A DNA stretch of 64,000 nt, from NCBI GenBank assembly GCA_035632115.1, contig DASQHL010000156.1, forward strand, positions 694 to 64,693, in the 5' to 3' direction. Made by a program: the position numbers and the translations under genes. Shown piece after piece: positions 16,222 through 26,201 of the stretch; position 1 is the first letter of the stretch; every line of letters begins with the position of its first letter. This DNA comes from Dehalococcoidia bacterium (GTDB lineage: Bacteria; Chloroflexota; Dehalococcoidia; DSTF01; JACRBR01). The notes beneath the pieces were generated by a model. It was not told the origin of the DNA. It did no database searches and was given only the letters and a program-made list of their open reading frames with translations.

Positions 16222-17976
16222 ATGCCGCCTGGAGGCGGCTGCACCAATGGCCGGGGCGGTCGCGATGTCGGCATAATGCATGGCTTGTCCGGAACAAGAT
16301 GGGAGGCACTACTGTCTGAGGACGGCGCCGCTGCGGCCCGGGGCTCCGCGCTCGACGCAGCACCACGCGCGCGCTCCCAGTTGCTGCCGCGGTTGCTCGA
16401 CGCGCAGGAGCGAGACGGGTTCGTCTCCGAGGCGTCACTGGCGGCGATCGCACGGGATCTCCACGTCCCGGAGAGCGAGGCGTTCGGCGTTGCGACGAGC
16501 TACAGCGAACTGCGCATGACGCCGCGCACGGCACCGCACGTCTCGATCTGCACGGGGTTGAGCTGCCTGCTCAACGGTGCGCGCGCACTGGCCGATGCGC
16601 TGCCATCAGCCTTACCGTCGGGATGGCAGGTGGAGGAAGAGCCGTGCCGCTTTCGCTGCGACGCGGCGCCGATCGCGATGGTGGGGCAGCGCTACGTCAG
16701 CCGGGCGACGGCGGACGGCGTCGCGGCGGCGGTAGCGGGCGCGGACGACGGAGGGCCGGACGAACGACCGACCGCGGAGGAGCGGCCGGGCGAGACGCGG
16801 CGGCTGCTCGGGCGGTGCGGCCGCATCGACCCGGACGAGATCGATGGCGCGCTGGCGCTGGGAGCGTACGACGGCTGGCAGCGGGCGCGATCGCTGGCGC
16901 CGACGGCGATCGTCGCGATCGTGGAGGCGTCCGGGCTGCGCGGGCGTGGTGGAGCGTACTTCCCGGCGGCGACGAAGTGGCGCGGGGTGCACGCGCATCC
17001 CGCGCCGCGCTACCTCGTCGTGAACGCGGAGGAGGGCGAGCCCGGCGTCTTCAAAGACCGCTACCTCATCGAGGGCGATCCCCATCTGGTCGTTGAGGGG
17101 ATCCTGATCGCCGCTCGCGCGGTGGAAGCGGCACGCGTTTATGTCTACGTCAACGGCGAGGCACGTCTCGCGGCGGAGCGACTCCGGGTGGCGATCGCGC
17201 GCGCGGACGCGCGTGGCCTTCTCACCGGCGCGCCACCGATCGAGGTGCGGCGCGGGGCGGGCGGCTACGTGTGCGGCGAGGAGTCGGTGATCCTGTCGAG
17301 CATCGAGGGCGAGCGGGCTGTGCCGCGGCTGCGGCCGCCGTTCCCGGTGGACGCGGGGCTCTTCGGGCGGCCGACGGTGATCAACAACGTGGAGACGCTC
17401 TGCAATCTGCCGCAGATCGTCATCGGGGGCGGCGAGGCGTTCCGTGCCACGGGCACGGCGGAGCATCCCGGCACGAAGCTGGTGTGTCTTTCGGGCGCCT
17501 TCGCCCGGCCAGGCGTGTACGAGGTGCCGTTCGGCACACCGCTGCGCCGCATCGTCGGGGAGATTGGCGGCGGAGCGGCGCCAGGCCGGACACTTCGGGC
17601 ATTGCTCTGCGGCGGGCCGTCCGGGTCTCTCCTGCCGCCTTCGTGCTGGGACGCGCCGCTGGTGCCAAACGGACTGGACGATGCCGGCGCGTCGCCGGGC
17701 GCGGGGGGCATCGTCGCGATCGACGAGATGATGTCGATCCGCGAGGTCGTGCGGCACCTGGCGGCGTACAACGCAGCGGAATCGTGCGGGAAATGCACGC
17801 CGTGCCGGGAGGGCACGGTCCGGATGGTGGCACTGCTCGATGAGCGGCCGGGAGATGCACGGGCGCGCATGGACGATCTGACGGAGGCGATGGGGGCGGC
17901 ATCGTTGTGCGGGCTGGGGCAGATGGCGCCGCTGCCGTACCTGAGCGCGCGGCGCCATTTCGGAAACGAGCTGTGA
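16222..17976 (+). CDS. fdsB: NAD-dependent formate dehydrogenase beta subunit: fused NuoE-like [2Fe-2S] thioredoxin-fold domain + NuoF-like FMN/NADH-binding domain
   Basis: NuoE-like region LLPRLLDAQERDGFVSEASL...ICTGLSCLLNGA. NuoF-like GGAYFPAATKW, YLVVNAEEGEPGVFKDRYL and RGAGGYVCGEESV plus a C-terminal Cys cluster. The true start may be an internal Met. Confidence 0.85.
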   Translation: MPPGGGCTNGRGGRDVGIMHGLSGTRWEALLSEDGAAAARGSALDAAPRARSQLLPRLLDAQERDGFVSEASLAAIARDLHVPESEAFGVATSYSELRMTPRTAPHVSICTGLSCLLNGARALADALPSALPSGWQVEEEPCRFRCDAAPIAMVGQRYVSRATADGVAAAVAGADDGGPDERPTAEERPGETRRLLGRCGRIDPDEIDGALALGAYDGWQRARSLAPTAIVAIVEASGLRGRGGAYFPAATKWRGVHAHPAPRYLVVNAEEGEPGVFKDRYLIEGDPHLVVEGILIAARAVEAARVYVYVNGEARLAAERLRVAIARADARGLLTGAPPIEVRRGAGGYVCGEESVILSSIEGERAVPRLRPPFPVDAGLFGRPTVINNVETLCNLPQIVIGGGEAFRATGTAEHPGTKLVCLSGAFARPGVYEVPFGTPLRRIVGEIGGGAAPGRTLRALLCGGPSGSLLPPSCWDAPLVPNGLDDAGASPGAGGIVAIDEMMSIREVVRHLAAYNAAESCGKCTPCREGTVRMVALLDERPGDARARMDDLTEAMGAASLCGLGQMAPLPYLSARRHFGNEL

Positions 17977-17983
17977 GGGCGGC

Positions 17984-20737
17984 GTGGTGATCTCGCTGAG
18001 CGTCGATGGCGTCGCGGTGGAGGTGCGGGATGGCGCCACGCTGCTCGATGCGGTGCTGGCTGCGGGGGCGCACGTCCCGCACCTGTGCAAGGATCCGGAC
18101 CAGCGGCCGATCGGCGCGTGTCGCACGTGCATGGTGGAGGTAGACGGGCAACGGGGGTTGCGCGCCAGCTGCCACACGCCGGCGTTTGAGGGGGCGGGGG
18201 TGCGGACCCGCGGCGACGCGCTGGATCGGGTGCGGCGGACGGTGCTGGAGCTCACGGCGGGGATGGTCGACGGGCACGTCGTCTCGGCCCGCGGGGGCGT
18301 TTCCGCAGAGCTGCGCGGTGCGCTGGCGCGTTACGGCATCGACGGCGCGCGTTATGCGGCGCTGCCGCGCCGGCACCTCGACGACAGCAATCCGTTCTAC
18401 CTGAGGGATCTCAGCGCGTGCATCCTCTGCGGGCGCTGCGTGACGGCGTGCCAGGACGTGCAGCACATCGGTGCGATCGCCATCGCGGGCCGTGGGCGCG
18501 AGGGGCGGATCGCGGCGGCGATGGACCGGCCGATCAGCGAGTCGATCTGCACGTCGTGCGGGCAGTGCGTCTCGGTCTGCCCCACGGGCGCGCTGACGCC
18601 GAAACCGGCGCCGCTGCCGGAGATCGTGCGCGAGGTCGAGAGCACCTGCCCGTACTGCGGCGTGGGGTGCGGGGTGCGGCTGCAGATCGACGCGGACGAG
18701 CACATCGCGGCGGTGGCGGATGAGCCGGCAAATCTTTCGAGCCAGGGCATGCTGTGCGTGAAGGGGCGATTCGGCACATCGTTCGTGCACCACCCGGATC
18801 GGCTGACGCAGCCGCTGATCCGCCGCGACGGTGAGCTACGGCCAGCAACCTGGGATGAGGCGCTGGACCTCGTCGCGGCAAAGGTCGTTGAGCATCGGAA
18901 GTCGTTCGCCGCGCTGGCGTCGGCGAAGTGCACAAACGAGGACAACTACGTGTTCCAGAAGTTCGTGCGGGCGGTGATGGGCACGAACAACATCGACCAC
19001 TGCTCGCGGCTGTGCCACGGGCCATCGGTGACGGCGATGATGCTGCAGATTGGCAGCGGCGCGACGAGCAACTCGTACCAGGACTACGAAGACGCCGGAT
19101 GCCTGATGGTGGTCGGGAGCGACACGAGCTCCAACCACCCGGTGATCGCGTCGCGGCTGCGGCGCGCGATCGACACACGCGGGACGAAGCTGGTCGTGGT
19201 GAACCCGATGCGCATCGACCTGTGCGATTACACGGACATGTGGCTACGGCCGCATCCGGGCACAGACGTGGCGCTCTTCAACAGCATGGCACGGGCAATC
19301 GTTGACGAGGGGCTGGAGGACGGGGCGTTCATCGAGGCACGCACCGACGGGTATGACGCGTGGCGGGCGAGCCTGGCAGCGTACGCCCCGGAGGAAGCCG
19401 AGCGCACAACGGGCGTGCCCGCGGAGCTGGTGCGGCGGGCGGCGCGGGCGTACGCGCGGCCGCCGTTCAGCGGCTCGTGCCTGCTCTGGGGGATGGGCGT
19501 GACGCAGCACACGTCCGGCACGGACAACGCGCACGCGCTGGTAAACCTGATGCTGGCGACGGGACAGGTGGGCCGGCGCGGGTCCGGCATCTCACCGCTC
19601 CGGGGGCAGAACAACGTTCAGGGTTGCGGCGACGCGGGCTGCCTGCCGAACACATTGCCGGGCATGCAGGGGCTGGAGCCGGAGGTGGTGCGGGCGTTCG
19701 AGGCAGCGTGGGGCGCGGAGCTGCCGGCGGCGGCAGGGCTGACGAGCACGGAGATGATCGAACTGGCGGCGGAGGGGAAGCTCGACGTGATGTACATCGT
19801 CGGCGAGAACCCGCTGCTGGGGGAGCCGTTTCTCGCGCACGCGGAGGAGGGGATCGAGCGGCTGAAGTTCCTCGCGGTGCAGGAGATCTTCATGACGGAG
19901 ACGGCGCAGAGGGCGCACGTTGTGCTGCCATCGGCGACGTTCGCGGAGAAGGAGGGGACGTTCACGAACAGCGAGCGGCGCGTGCAGCGGGTACGGCAGG
20001 CGGTGTCGCCACCGGGGCAGGCGCGCGCGGACTGGGCGATCGTCTGCGAGGTGGCGAACCGCGTCGCACGATTGTTGGGTCGCGAGCAGGCAGGATTCAG
20101 CTTCGATAATCCGGCGGCGATTTTCGACGAGATGGCGTCGGTATGGCCGGCCGTGGCGGGCATTTCGCACGCGCGGCTGGACCGCGAAGGCGGCATCCAG
20201 TGGCCGTGTCCAACGGCGGACCATCCGGGCACGGGGCAGCTGTTCGGGGACACGTTCCCGAGCGGATGCGGGCGTTTCGTAGCGGTGACGCAGGGACCGC
20301 CTGCCGCCGAACTGCCGAGCCGCCGCTTTCCGTTCATCCTGAGCACGGGCCGTGTGCTCTACCACTGGCACGGTGGCACGATGACGCGACGCGTCAAGGG
20401 GCTGCTCGCGCGCTCGCCGGTGGTGCGCGTGGCGATCCACCCGGAGGACGCGGCGGAGCAAGACGTGGCGAACGGCGAACGCGTGGTGGTGTCGTCGCGG
20501 CGGGGGGAGCTGCCGTGCGAGGCACTGGTGACGGAGGCGGTGCCGAGGGGCGAGCTGTTCGTGCCGTTCGTCAAGCTCGCCGAATCGGCCGCAAACTTCC
20601 TGACGAACGCGGTCTACGACCCGAAGTCGAAGATCCCCGAGTACAAGGTGTGCGCGGTGCGCATCGACAAACCCGGGGCGGTGCGGCGGGGCCGGGGCGA
20701 GCGGGTGCGGACGCCGTTCAAGACAAGACCTCGATAA
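17984..20737 (+). CDS. fdsA: Formate dehydrogenase alpha subunit (NuoG-like Fe-S N-terminus + molybdopterin oxidoreductase), cysteine-type
   Basis: 917 aa. Has N-terminal 2Fe-2S and 4Fe-4S motifs (CRTCMVEVDG, CILCGRCV, CTSCGQCVSVCPTGAL, CPYCGVGCGV). The catalytic region NNIDHCSRLCHGPSV has Cys where FdhF has Sec. Confidence 0.9.
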   Translation: MVISLSVDGVAVEVRDGATLLDAVLAAGAHVPHLCKDPDQRPIGACRTCMVEVDGQRGLRASCHTPAFEGAGVRTRGDALDRVRRTVLELTAGMVDGHVVSARGGVSAELRGALARYGIDGARYAALPRRHLDDSNPFYLRDLSACILCGRCVTACQDVQHIGAIAIAGRGREGRIAAAMDRPISESICTSCGQCVSVCPTGALTPKPAPLPEIVREVESTCPYCGVGCGVRLQIDADEHIAAVADEPANLSSQGMLCVKGRFGTSFVHHPDRLTQPLIRRDGELRPATWDEALDLVAAKVVEHRKSFAALASAKCTNEDNYVFQKFVRAVMGTNNIDHCSRLCHGPSVTAMMLQIGSGATSNSYQDYEDAGCLMVVGSDTSSNHPVIASRLRRAIDTRGTKLVVVNPMRIDLCDYTDMWLRPHPGTDVALFNSMARAIVDEGLEDGAFIEARTDGYDAWRASLAAYAPEEAERTTGVPAELVRRAARAYARPPFSGSCLLWGMGVTQHTSGTDNAHALVNLMLATGQVGRRGSGISPLRGQNNVQGCGDAGCLPNTLPGMQGLEPEVVRAFEAAWGAELPAAAGLTSTEMIELAAEGKLDVMYIVGENPLLGEPFLAHAEEGIERLKFLAVQEIFMTETAQRAHVVLPSATFAEKEGTFTNSERRVQRVRQAVSPPGQARADWAIVCEVANRVARLLGREQAGFSFDNPAAIFDEMASVWPAVAGISHARLDREGGIQWPCPTADHPGTGQLFGDTFPSGCGRFVAVTQGPPAAELPSRRFPFILSTGRVLYHWHGGTMTRRVKGLLARSPVVRVAIHPEDAAEQDVANGERVVVSSRRGELPCEALVTEAVPRGELFVPFVKLAESAANFLTNAVYDPKSKIPEYKVCAVRIDKPGAVRRGRGERVRTPFKTRPR

Positions 20738-21473
20738 CGGGCGGGTCTTCGCGCGCCCGGGCGAGGACGACCAGGGGGACGCCGGCGGCGCGGAGCAGGG
20801 TGGCGACGCGGCGCGCGTCGTCGAGCCGGCCGCCGTCGCACTGATTGAGGAGCACGGCGAACCGGCATCCTCTGGGCACGTCCTTGCGGCCGCCGCGCAC
20901 GTTGGCGAGGACGGCGGCGATCATCTCGGCGGTCACCGGGCCACCCTCCGCCGCGCCGATCAGCCCGGCCACGCCCTCCGGGCGATGCACGTGCTCGGCA
21001 TCGAGCGGCTGGCCGACTACGGTCATACCGGCGACGGCAACGACGAGGGTGGCGGCTGGCGGCACGACGGGCTCGTGATCGCCTGGCGCCTTGAAGGCGC
21101 GGCCGCGCGATCCGTCCGCTTCTGCGATCACGCGGGTGACGGACGGGAGGACGGCGAGCGTCGCGAGGGCATCCGGTGCGATGGGAAGCAGACGCCCCTT
21201 GTTGCCATGGCCTGCGGAGGCGATGACCCATGATCCGGGGCCGGCTGCGCCCGCCACGGCCGCGACCAGCGCGTCGCGATCGTCCTCGATGATCACCCGG
21301 GGCCGCTCGTGCACGGGGGGCGGCGTGAAGAGCGTCGTGCCGGTCGCGACGGCGAAGGCACCGCCGGCGGCGGTCTCACGGGCGAGGCGATACATCACGG
21401 TGGTCTTGCCGCCACCGCCGACGATGGCGATCACCTCGCGCTCCCGCAAGTCGAGCGCGTCGCTCAGCCTCAT
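20718..21473 (-). CDS. yqeC: YqeC-like P-loop accessory protein (selenium-dependent molybdenum hydroxylase accessory family)
   Basis: IAIVGGGGKTTVMYRLA P-loop at the N-terminus and ~250 aa length. Sits convergently next to fdsA and divergently from mobA. Confidence 0.6.
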   Translation of the reverse strand: MRLSDALDLREREVIAIVGGGGKTTVMYRLARETAAGGAFAVATGTTLFTPPPVHERPRVIIEDDRDALVAAVAGAAGPGSWVIASAGHGNKGRLLPIAPDALATLAVLPSVTRVIAEADGSRGRAFKAPGDHEPVVPPAATLVVAVAGMTVVGQPLDAEHVHRPEGVAGLIGAAEGGPVTAEMIAAVLANVRGGRKDVPRGCRFAVLLNQCDGGRLDDARRVATLLRAAGVPLVVLARAREDPPVIEVLS

Positions 21474-21508
21474 GCGGAACGCCTCCGGGCTGATAGGATA
21501 GCGCAGCG

Positions 21509-22126
21509 ATGGAGCACGAGAGCAGCGTCGGAGCAATCGTTCTTGCGGGCGGGCGCAGCACGCGGCTGGGGCGCGACAAGGCGTCGGAGTTGCTGCTGGG
21601 CCGACCGCTGCTGCAACACGTCGTCGATCGCGTGGGCGAGGTGGCCAGCGAGATCGTCGTCGTGGCCGCGCCGGGGCAGATGCTACCGGCGGTGGAAGCG
21701 GCGGTGCCGATGACGGTAGCGATCGATGCGTATCCCGAGAGCGGGCCGCTGGGTGGCATCTACACCGGGCTGGTAGCGGCGCGCGCGGCGTTCAGCATTG
21801 CGGTGGCGTGCGACATGCCGCTCCTGTCGCCGACGCTACTCGCGGCGCTTGTGGCGCGGGCGACTGGGGTGGACGTCGTGATGCCGGTGCTGACGTACCC
21901 GGAGCCGCTGCACGCGGTGTACGGGCGGGGTTGCATCGAGCCGATCCGCGAGCGGCTGGAGTCGGGCCAGCTAAAGATCACGAACTTCCTCGGCGCGGTG
22001 CGCGTGCGCTACGTGCGCGAGGACGAGTGCCGCGCGGTCGACAGGGAGTTGCGGTCGTTCTTGAACGTGAACACCGAGGAGGACCTCGCACACGTACGGA
22101 CGATCCTCGAACACGAGCGGGGGTGA
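21509..22126 (+). CDS. mobA: Molybdenum cofactor guanylyltransferase
   Basis: GAIVLAGGRSTRLGRDKA and LAVACDMPLL motifs. Confidence 0.85.
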   Translation: MEHESSVGAIVLAGGRSTRLGRDKASELLLGRPLLQHVVDRVGEVASEIVVVAAPGQMLPAVEAAVPMTVAIDAYPESGPLGGIYTGLVAARAAFSIAVACDMPLLSPTLLAALVARATGVDVVMPVLTYPEPLHAVYGRGCIEPIRERLESGQLKITNFLGAVRVRYVREDECRAVDRELRSFLNVNTEEDLAHVRTILEHERG

Positions 22127-22145
22127 CGCGAACCCTCGCAGAGCT

Positions 22146-22991
22146 TCAGGGGAGCCCAGCGTGGGGGACATCGACGCGGACGTGCTCAATCCATCCCGTC
22201 GACATGCCGCGCGCGAGCTCGGGGCCGCTGGTCTTCGCGACGCAGAGGTAAAGGGTACGTCCGTCGTGTCCGCCCAGCATGCAGGCGTACACACCCTTGC
22301 CCGGCACCGTGACCTTGTCCGTGATTTCACCGCCGGCGCGCACGCGGAGGCACTCGCCGGTGACGGGTGCGGCGACCCAGACGGCCCCCTTGGCGTCGAG
22401 GCAGATGCCGTCCGGGAACGTGGGCAGCTCCGCCCAGATTCGGCGGTTGGTCAGCGAGGCGTCGGGCGCAATATCGAACGCCGTAAGGCGCCGTCCCACG
22501 GTCTCGGCAACGATCAGCGTGCGGCCGTCCGGCGTGATCACCATGCCGTTCGGAAACTGCATGTCGGCGGCGGCCACGCGGGCGCTGCCATCGGGCTCGA
22601 CGACGTACACGCTCGCGGGCTCGAATGGGTCGCCGCGGTTGATGTCGAACCCGAAGCCGCCGAGGTAGGCGCGACCGCGCGCGTCGACCACCATGTCATT
22701 GATCTGCACGCGTTCCGACGCAGTCAGATCAGCGACAATGCGCTCGCCATCGACGCCGCGCCGGACGAGCGTGCGCTCGACCATGCGGACGTAGAGGAGC
22801 GCCCCATCGGGCGCCCAGCCGAGGCCGGCGGGCTGACGTGCATCGAGCACCACGCGCTCGGTCGAGCCATCTTCCCGCACGCGCGCGATCGCGTGCGCGT
22901 GCACGTCGGCGAACCAGAGCGCGCCATCGTGCCAGCGGGGACACTCCGGGAACACGAGGCCGTCCACGAGCGTTGCGGCGGTGAGGATCAC
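22146..22991 (-). CDS. SMP-30/gluconolactonase/LRE-like (SGL) beta-propeller protein
   Basis: Repeated DxxG motifs (FPNGMVITPDGRTL, PDGICLDAKGAVWV) and overall SGL-like composition. Confidence 0.7.
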   Translation of the reverse strand: MILTAATLVDGLVFPECPRWHDGALWFADVHAHAIARVREDGSTERVVLDARQPAGLGWAPDGALLYVRMVERTLVRRGVDGERIVADLTASERVQINDMVVDARGRAYLGGFGFDINRGDPFEPASVYVVEPDGSARVAAADMQFPNGMVITPDGRTLIVAETVGRRLTAFDIAPDASLTNRRIWAELPTFPDGICLDAKGAVWVAAPVTGECLRVRAGGEITDKVTVPGKGVYACMLGGHDGRTLYLCVAKTSGPELARGMSTGWIEHVRVDVPHAGLP

Positions 22992-23124
22992 GCTTGATCC
23001 TACGCGCGAGCGGGCTCACGCGAAACGATGGGGCACGGCGGCCCGAAACATTGAACACCGCCAACGTGAGGCGGCGCTCATCCGCTCTCGCCACGGCGGG
23101 GGCGCGCGGATGTAGACTCCGAGC

Positions 23125-23838
23125 ATGAGACTCGCCGCGGACCCGCCGCCGCACGATCCGGACGGCCTGCTGGCGCAGGCGGCGGAGACGGTCGCCGCCC
23201 GGACGCCTACGCGGCTGGACCGGGCGCTCCTGCAGGCGGCAGGGTGGCTCGCCGAGCACACGATCATCCGCGTCTTCCTCGTCGGCGGCATCCTGCTGGG
23301 GGCCCTGATCCCGGGCGTCGTGCTCCTGGCCGTGCCGGGGATCACCGACCATCTGTCCGGGTTGGGCTACCTGGGCGTGTTCGTGACCAACCTGCTCAGC
23401 ACATCGACGGTCGTCGTCCCTGTGCCCGGGCTCACCGCGACGGCGCAGGCTCTGATCATCCGGGAGGGTGAGCGGAGCAGCGTGCCGTGGCTCGTCGGCG
23501 TGCTGGGCGGGATCGGGATGGGTCTGGGCGAAGTGACGTTGTATTACGCAGGGTACCTGGGAGCGGAGCTGGCGCGCGGGCGCGAGCTGCCGGGGCCGGC
23601 GTGGGCGCGACGCTCACTGCACCGGATCGCATCAGGGATCAACTGGCTGATGGCGCGCTGGGGCATGGCGACGCTGTTCGTGCTATCGGCGGTACCGAAC
23701 CCGTTCTTCGAGGTCGCGGGGCTGACGGCGGGATCGGTACGGATGTCGTTCCGGCGCTTCTTCGTCGCAGCGGTGGCCGGCAAAGTTCTGCGCGGCATCC
23801 TGCTGGCATACCTGGGACACGAGCTGCGCATCATCTGA
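23125..23838 (+). CDS. DedA/VTT-family-like integral membrane protein
   Basis: Multi-TM protein. The DedA/VTT assignment rests on TM topology and general resemblance only. Confidence 0.5.
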   Translation: MRLAADPPPHDPDGLLAQAAETVAARTPTRLDRALLQAAGWLAEHTIIRVFLVGGILLGALIPGVVLLAVPGITDHLSGLGYLGVFVTNLLSTSTVVVPVPGLTATAQALIIREGERSSVPWLVGVLGGIGMGLGEVTLYYAGYLGAELARGRELPGPAWARRSLHRIASGINWLMARWGMATLFVLSAVPNPFFEVAGLTAGSVRMSFRRFFVAAVAGKVLRGILLAYLGHELRII

Positions 23839-23857
23839 CCCGCGGTCGGACGGCTCG

Positions 23858-24640
23858 TCAGCTGCTGTCCCCGGGAGGCGGGTGCCGCAGCATCGCGCCA
23901 CCCTCGACGAGCCGGGCAAGCACGACGCCGAGCGCATAGAGCCCGAAGATCGGGATGCCGACGATGATCGGTGTCAGCGGGTTCCACGACGGCGCCATGA
24001 ACGACGCGACGATCACCGAGAGGACGACGGCGTAGCGCCACACCTTCAGCAGGCGGCGCGAGGTGACGACGCCAACCTTGGCGAGCGCCATGATGAAGAG
24101 CGGCGTCTCGAAGACGAGCCCGCTCATGAGGATGATGCGCGTTACGGTATCGACGTAGGCAGTGACGCTGATCGTCGGCTGGACGTCAGCGGTGCCAGGC
24201 TTGAGGAGAAAATCGAGCATACGGGGGAGTGCGACGAAGTAGGCGAACGCCATGCCGAGCAAGAACATGGCGGAGCCGCCGCCGATGAACGAGTAGAGCC
24301 AGCGCCGCTCCGTCCGCGTCAGGCCGGGAGCAATGAATGCGAGTACCTGGTAGATGATGACCGGCATGGCGATCGCCACGCCCAGCATGAGGGAGACGCG
24401 GAAGTAGGTGCTCCAGTAGTCGAGGAGCTGGAACTGGTGGAGCTTGAAGCCGGGGACCTGCTGCTCGGCCGGGCGGACGAGCTGGTGGAAGACGTACTTC
24501 GTGAGCGGCCAGATGGAGACGAGCACACCGAGGACGACGGCGATCACGCTGATCATAACGCGGTGCCGCAGCTCACGGAGGTGCTCGATGAGGGTGAGCA
24601 CCTTTTCGCCGCTAGCGATGGGAGGCGCTTGGGCGGTCAC
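23858..24640 (-). CDS. tatC: Twin-arginine translocase subunit TatC
   Basis: LTLIEHLRELRHRVM N-terminal motif, six TM helices and a conserved FxxPGL region. A GTG start at 24640 is proposed; the ORF track extends it to 24826. Confidence 0.85.
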   Translation of the reverse strand: MTAQAPPIASGEKVLTLIEHLRELRHRVMISVIAVVLGVLVSIWPLTKYVFHQLVRPAEQQVPGFKLHQFQLLDYWSTYFRVSLMLGVAIAMPVIIYQVLAFIAPGLTRTERRWLYSFIGGGSAMFLLGMAFAYFVALPRMLDFLLKPGTADVQPTISVTAYVDTVTRIILMSGLVFETPLFIMALAKVGVVTSRRLLKVWRYAVVLSVIVASFMAPSWNPLTPIIVGIPIFGLYALGVVLARLVEGGAMLRHPPPGDSS

Positions 24641-24850
24641 GGTATGGACGGTATCAGGAATGGCCGGGCTGCGGATTCGAACGCGCCAACACGACCACGC
24701 GGGCCGCGACCCGGGCGCCGGGCGGAGGGGGCGGTGCGCGAATGGCACTCCCATCGCCGGTGTAACGAATCTCAGCGGCGAGGCGTTGTAGGTTGGTCGG
24801 CTGGACGGCCAGCCGCCGTTATTCACGACGTTTCGTCGGAAGGGGAGCAG

Positions 24851-25060
24851 ATGTTCGGGAATCTTGCACTTCGCATCATGGCGGGGCTGCGATCGCTCGA
24901 GGCGCGCAGTCAGGACGAAGAGGGCCAGACGCTGGCCGAGTACGGTCTGATCATGGCCGTGATCGCGGTGGCGGTGGTGATCATCGCGGTGGTGGCGTTC
25001 CGCAGCGCGATCGTGTCGGCCTTCAACGGCGCGACCAAGTGCCTCAGCGGGTCCTGCTAG
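24851..25060 (+). CDS. flp: Flp/Fap family type IVb pilin
   Basis: 69 aa. Flp motif EEGQTLAEYGLIMAVIAVAVVIIAVVAF. A strong SD (ggaaggggagcag) lies upstream. C-terminal CLSGSC. Confidence 0.8.
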   Translation: MFGNLALRIMAGLRSLEARSQDEEGQTLAEYGLIMAVIAVAVVIIAVVAFRSAIVSAFNGATKCLSGSC

Positions 25061-25085
25061 CAGGCGGCCCGCTCAACGCGTAGAG

Positions 25086-25111
25086 AACGGGGCGCCGGGC
25101 GGCGCCCCGTT
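25086..25111 (+). terminator. GC-rich hairpin after flp (aacggggcgcc-gggc-ggcgccccgtt)
   Basis: Perfect 11-bp stem 25 nt after the stop. No U-tract follows. Confidence 0.4.
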
Positions 25112-25217
25112 CCCCCTGTCCGCAGGCTGGCGCAACTGTTGCGAATTCGGCAGCGGCGTCCGCCCGCCGCCGGCGTGCATCCATCGGTAGAATGGCGGGC
25201 AACGCAGGAGATCTCCG

Positions 25218-26201
25218 ATGCCCGCCATCGCCGCCGAGGGCCTGGTCAAGCACTTCAGCGCCGAAATCCGCGCCGTCGACGGGATCGATCTGGAGATCCC
25301 GGAGGGGATGATCTTCGGCTTCCTTGGCGCCAATGGCTCCGGCAAGACAACAACGGTGCGGATGCTGACGACGCTGCTGCGGCCGACGGCAGGGCGCGCG
25401 CGAGTGGCCGGCTTCGACGTAACAGCGTCGCCGGGCGAGGTGCGCGAGAGCATCGGCGTGGCGCTACAGGAGGCGGGGCTGGACGACCTGCAGACGGGGC
25501 GTGAGCTGCTGCGGCTGCAGGCGCGGCTCTACCGCGTGCCGCCGCGGGAGGTCGAGGCGCGGGTGGCACACCTGCTGCGGGTGGTGGACCTGGAGGACGC
25601 GGCGGACCGGCGGGTGAAGACGTATTCAGGCGGGATGCAGCGGCGGCTGGACCTGGCGGCCGCGCTGGTGCACCGACCGAGCGTCGTGTTTCTGGACGAG
25701 CCGACGACAGGGCTCGACCCGATCAGCCGCGAGGCGATCTGGCGGTACGTGGTGGAGCTGAACCGGAGCGAGGGCGTGACGTTCTTCCTCACGACGCAGT
25801 ACCTGGAGGAGGCGGACCGGCTGGCTGTGGACGTGGCGATCATGGACCGGGGGCGGATCGTCGCGCAGGGGTCACCGGCGGCACTGAAGTCGAGCATCAG
25901 CACGGACGTGGTGACGCTGCAGATCGCGGGCGGGGCGGATGAACTGGCGCGGGCCGAGCAGGCCGTGCGCCGGCTGGAGGGCGCGGAGGACGTGCGCGTG
26001 GTGGACGACGCGGTGATCGTGTACACGCGGGAGGGGAGCGCCGCAATCATGCGGCTGGTCCTGCTGCTGAACGACGTGGGGGTGCGGGCACACGCGGTGA
26101 CGCTGGCGCAGCCGACGCTGGACGACGTGTTCCTTCGCAAGACGGGGCACCACATCGAGCCGGCGGAAGCCGCGGGCGCGGCGGCGGGAGGACGCGATTG
26201 A
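25218..26201 (+). CDS. ABC transporter ATP-binding protein (DrrA-like, ABC-2 exporter family)
   Basis: Walker A GANGSGKTTTVRML, signature YSGGMQRRLDLAAAL and Walker B VVFLDEPTTGLD. Confidence 0.85.
   Translation: MPAIAAEGLVKHFSAEIRAVDGIDLEIPEGMIFGFLGANGSGKTTTVRMLTTLLRPTAGRARVAGFDVTASPGEVRESIGVALQEAGLDDLQTGRELLRLQARLYRVPPREVEARVAHLLRVVDLEDAADRRVKTYSGGMQRRLDLAAALVHRPSVVFLDEPTTGLDPISREAIWRYVVELNRSEGVTFFLTTQYLEEADRLAVDVAIMDRGRIVAQGSPAALKSSISTDVVTLQIAGGADELARAEQAVRRLEGAEDVRVVDDAVIVYTREGSAAIMRLVLLLNDVGVRAHAVTLAQPTLDDVFLRKTGHHIEPAEAAGAAAGGRD

Noticed and set aside
16612-18793. Minus-strand ORFs of 547 and 457 aa
   Set aside because: Antisense to fdsB/fdsA. Arg/Pro-rich with no motifs.
19360-20461. 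Several 240-290 aa ORFs in both strands inside fdsA
   Set aside because: Alternative frames of a confidently identified molybdopterin oxidoreductase gene.
23882-25060. 392-aa plus-strand ORF
   Set aside because: Only the last 70 codons (24851..25060) are real, the Flp pilin with its own SD. The upstream 320 codons are antisense to tatC.
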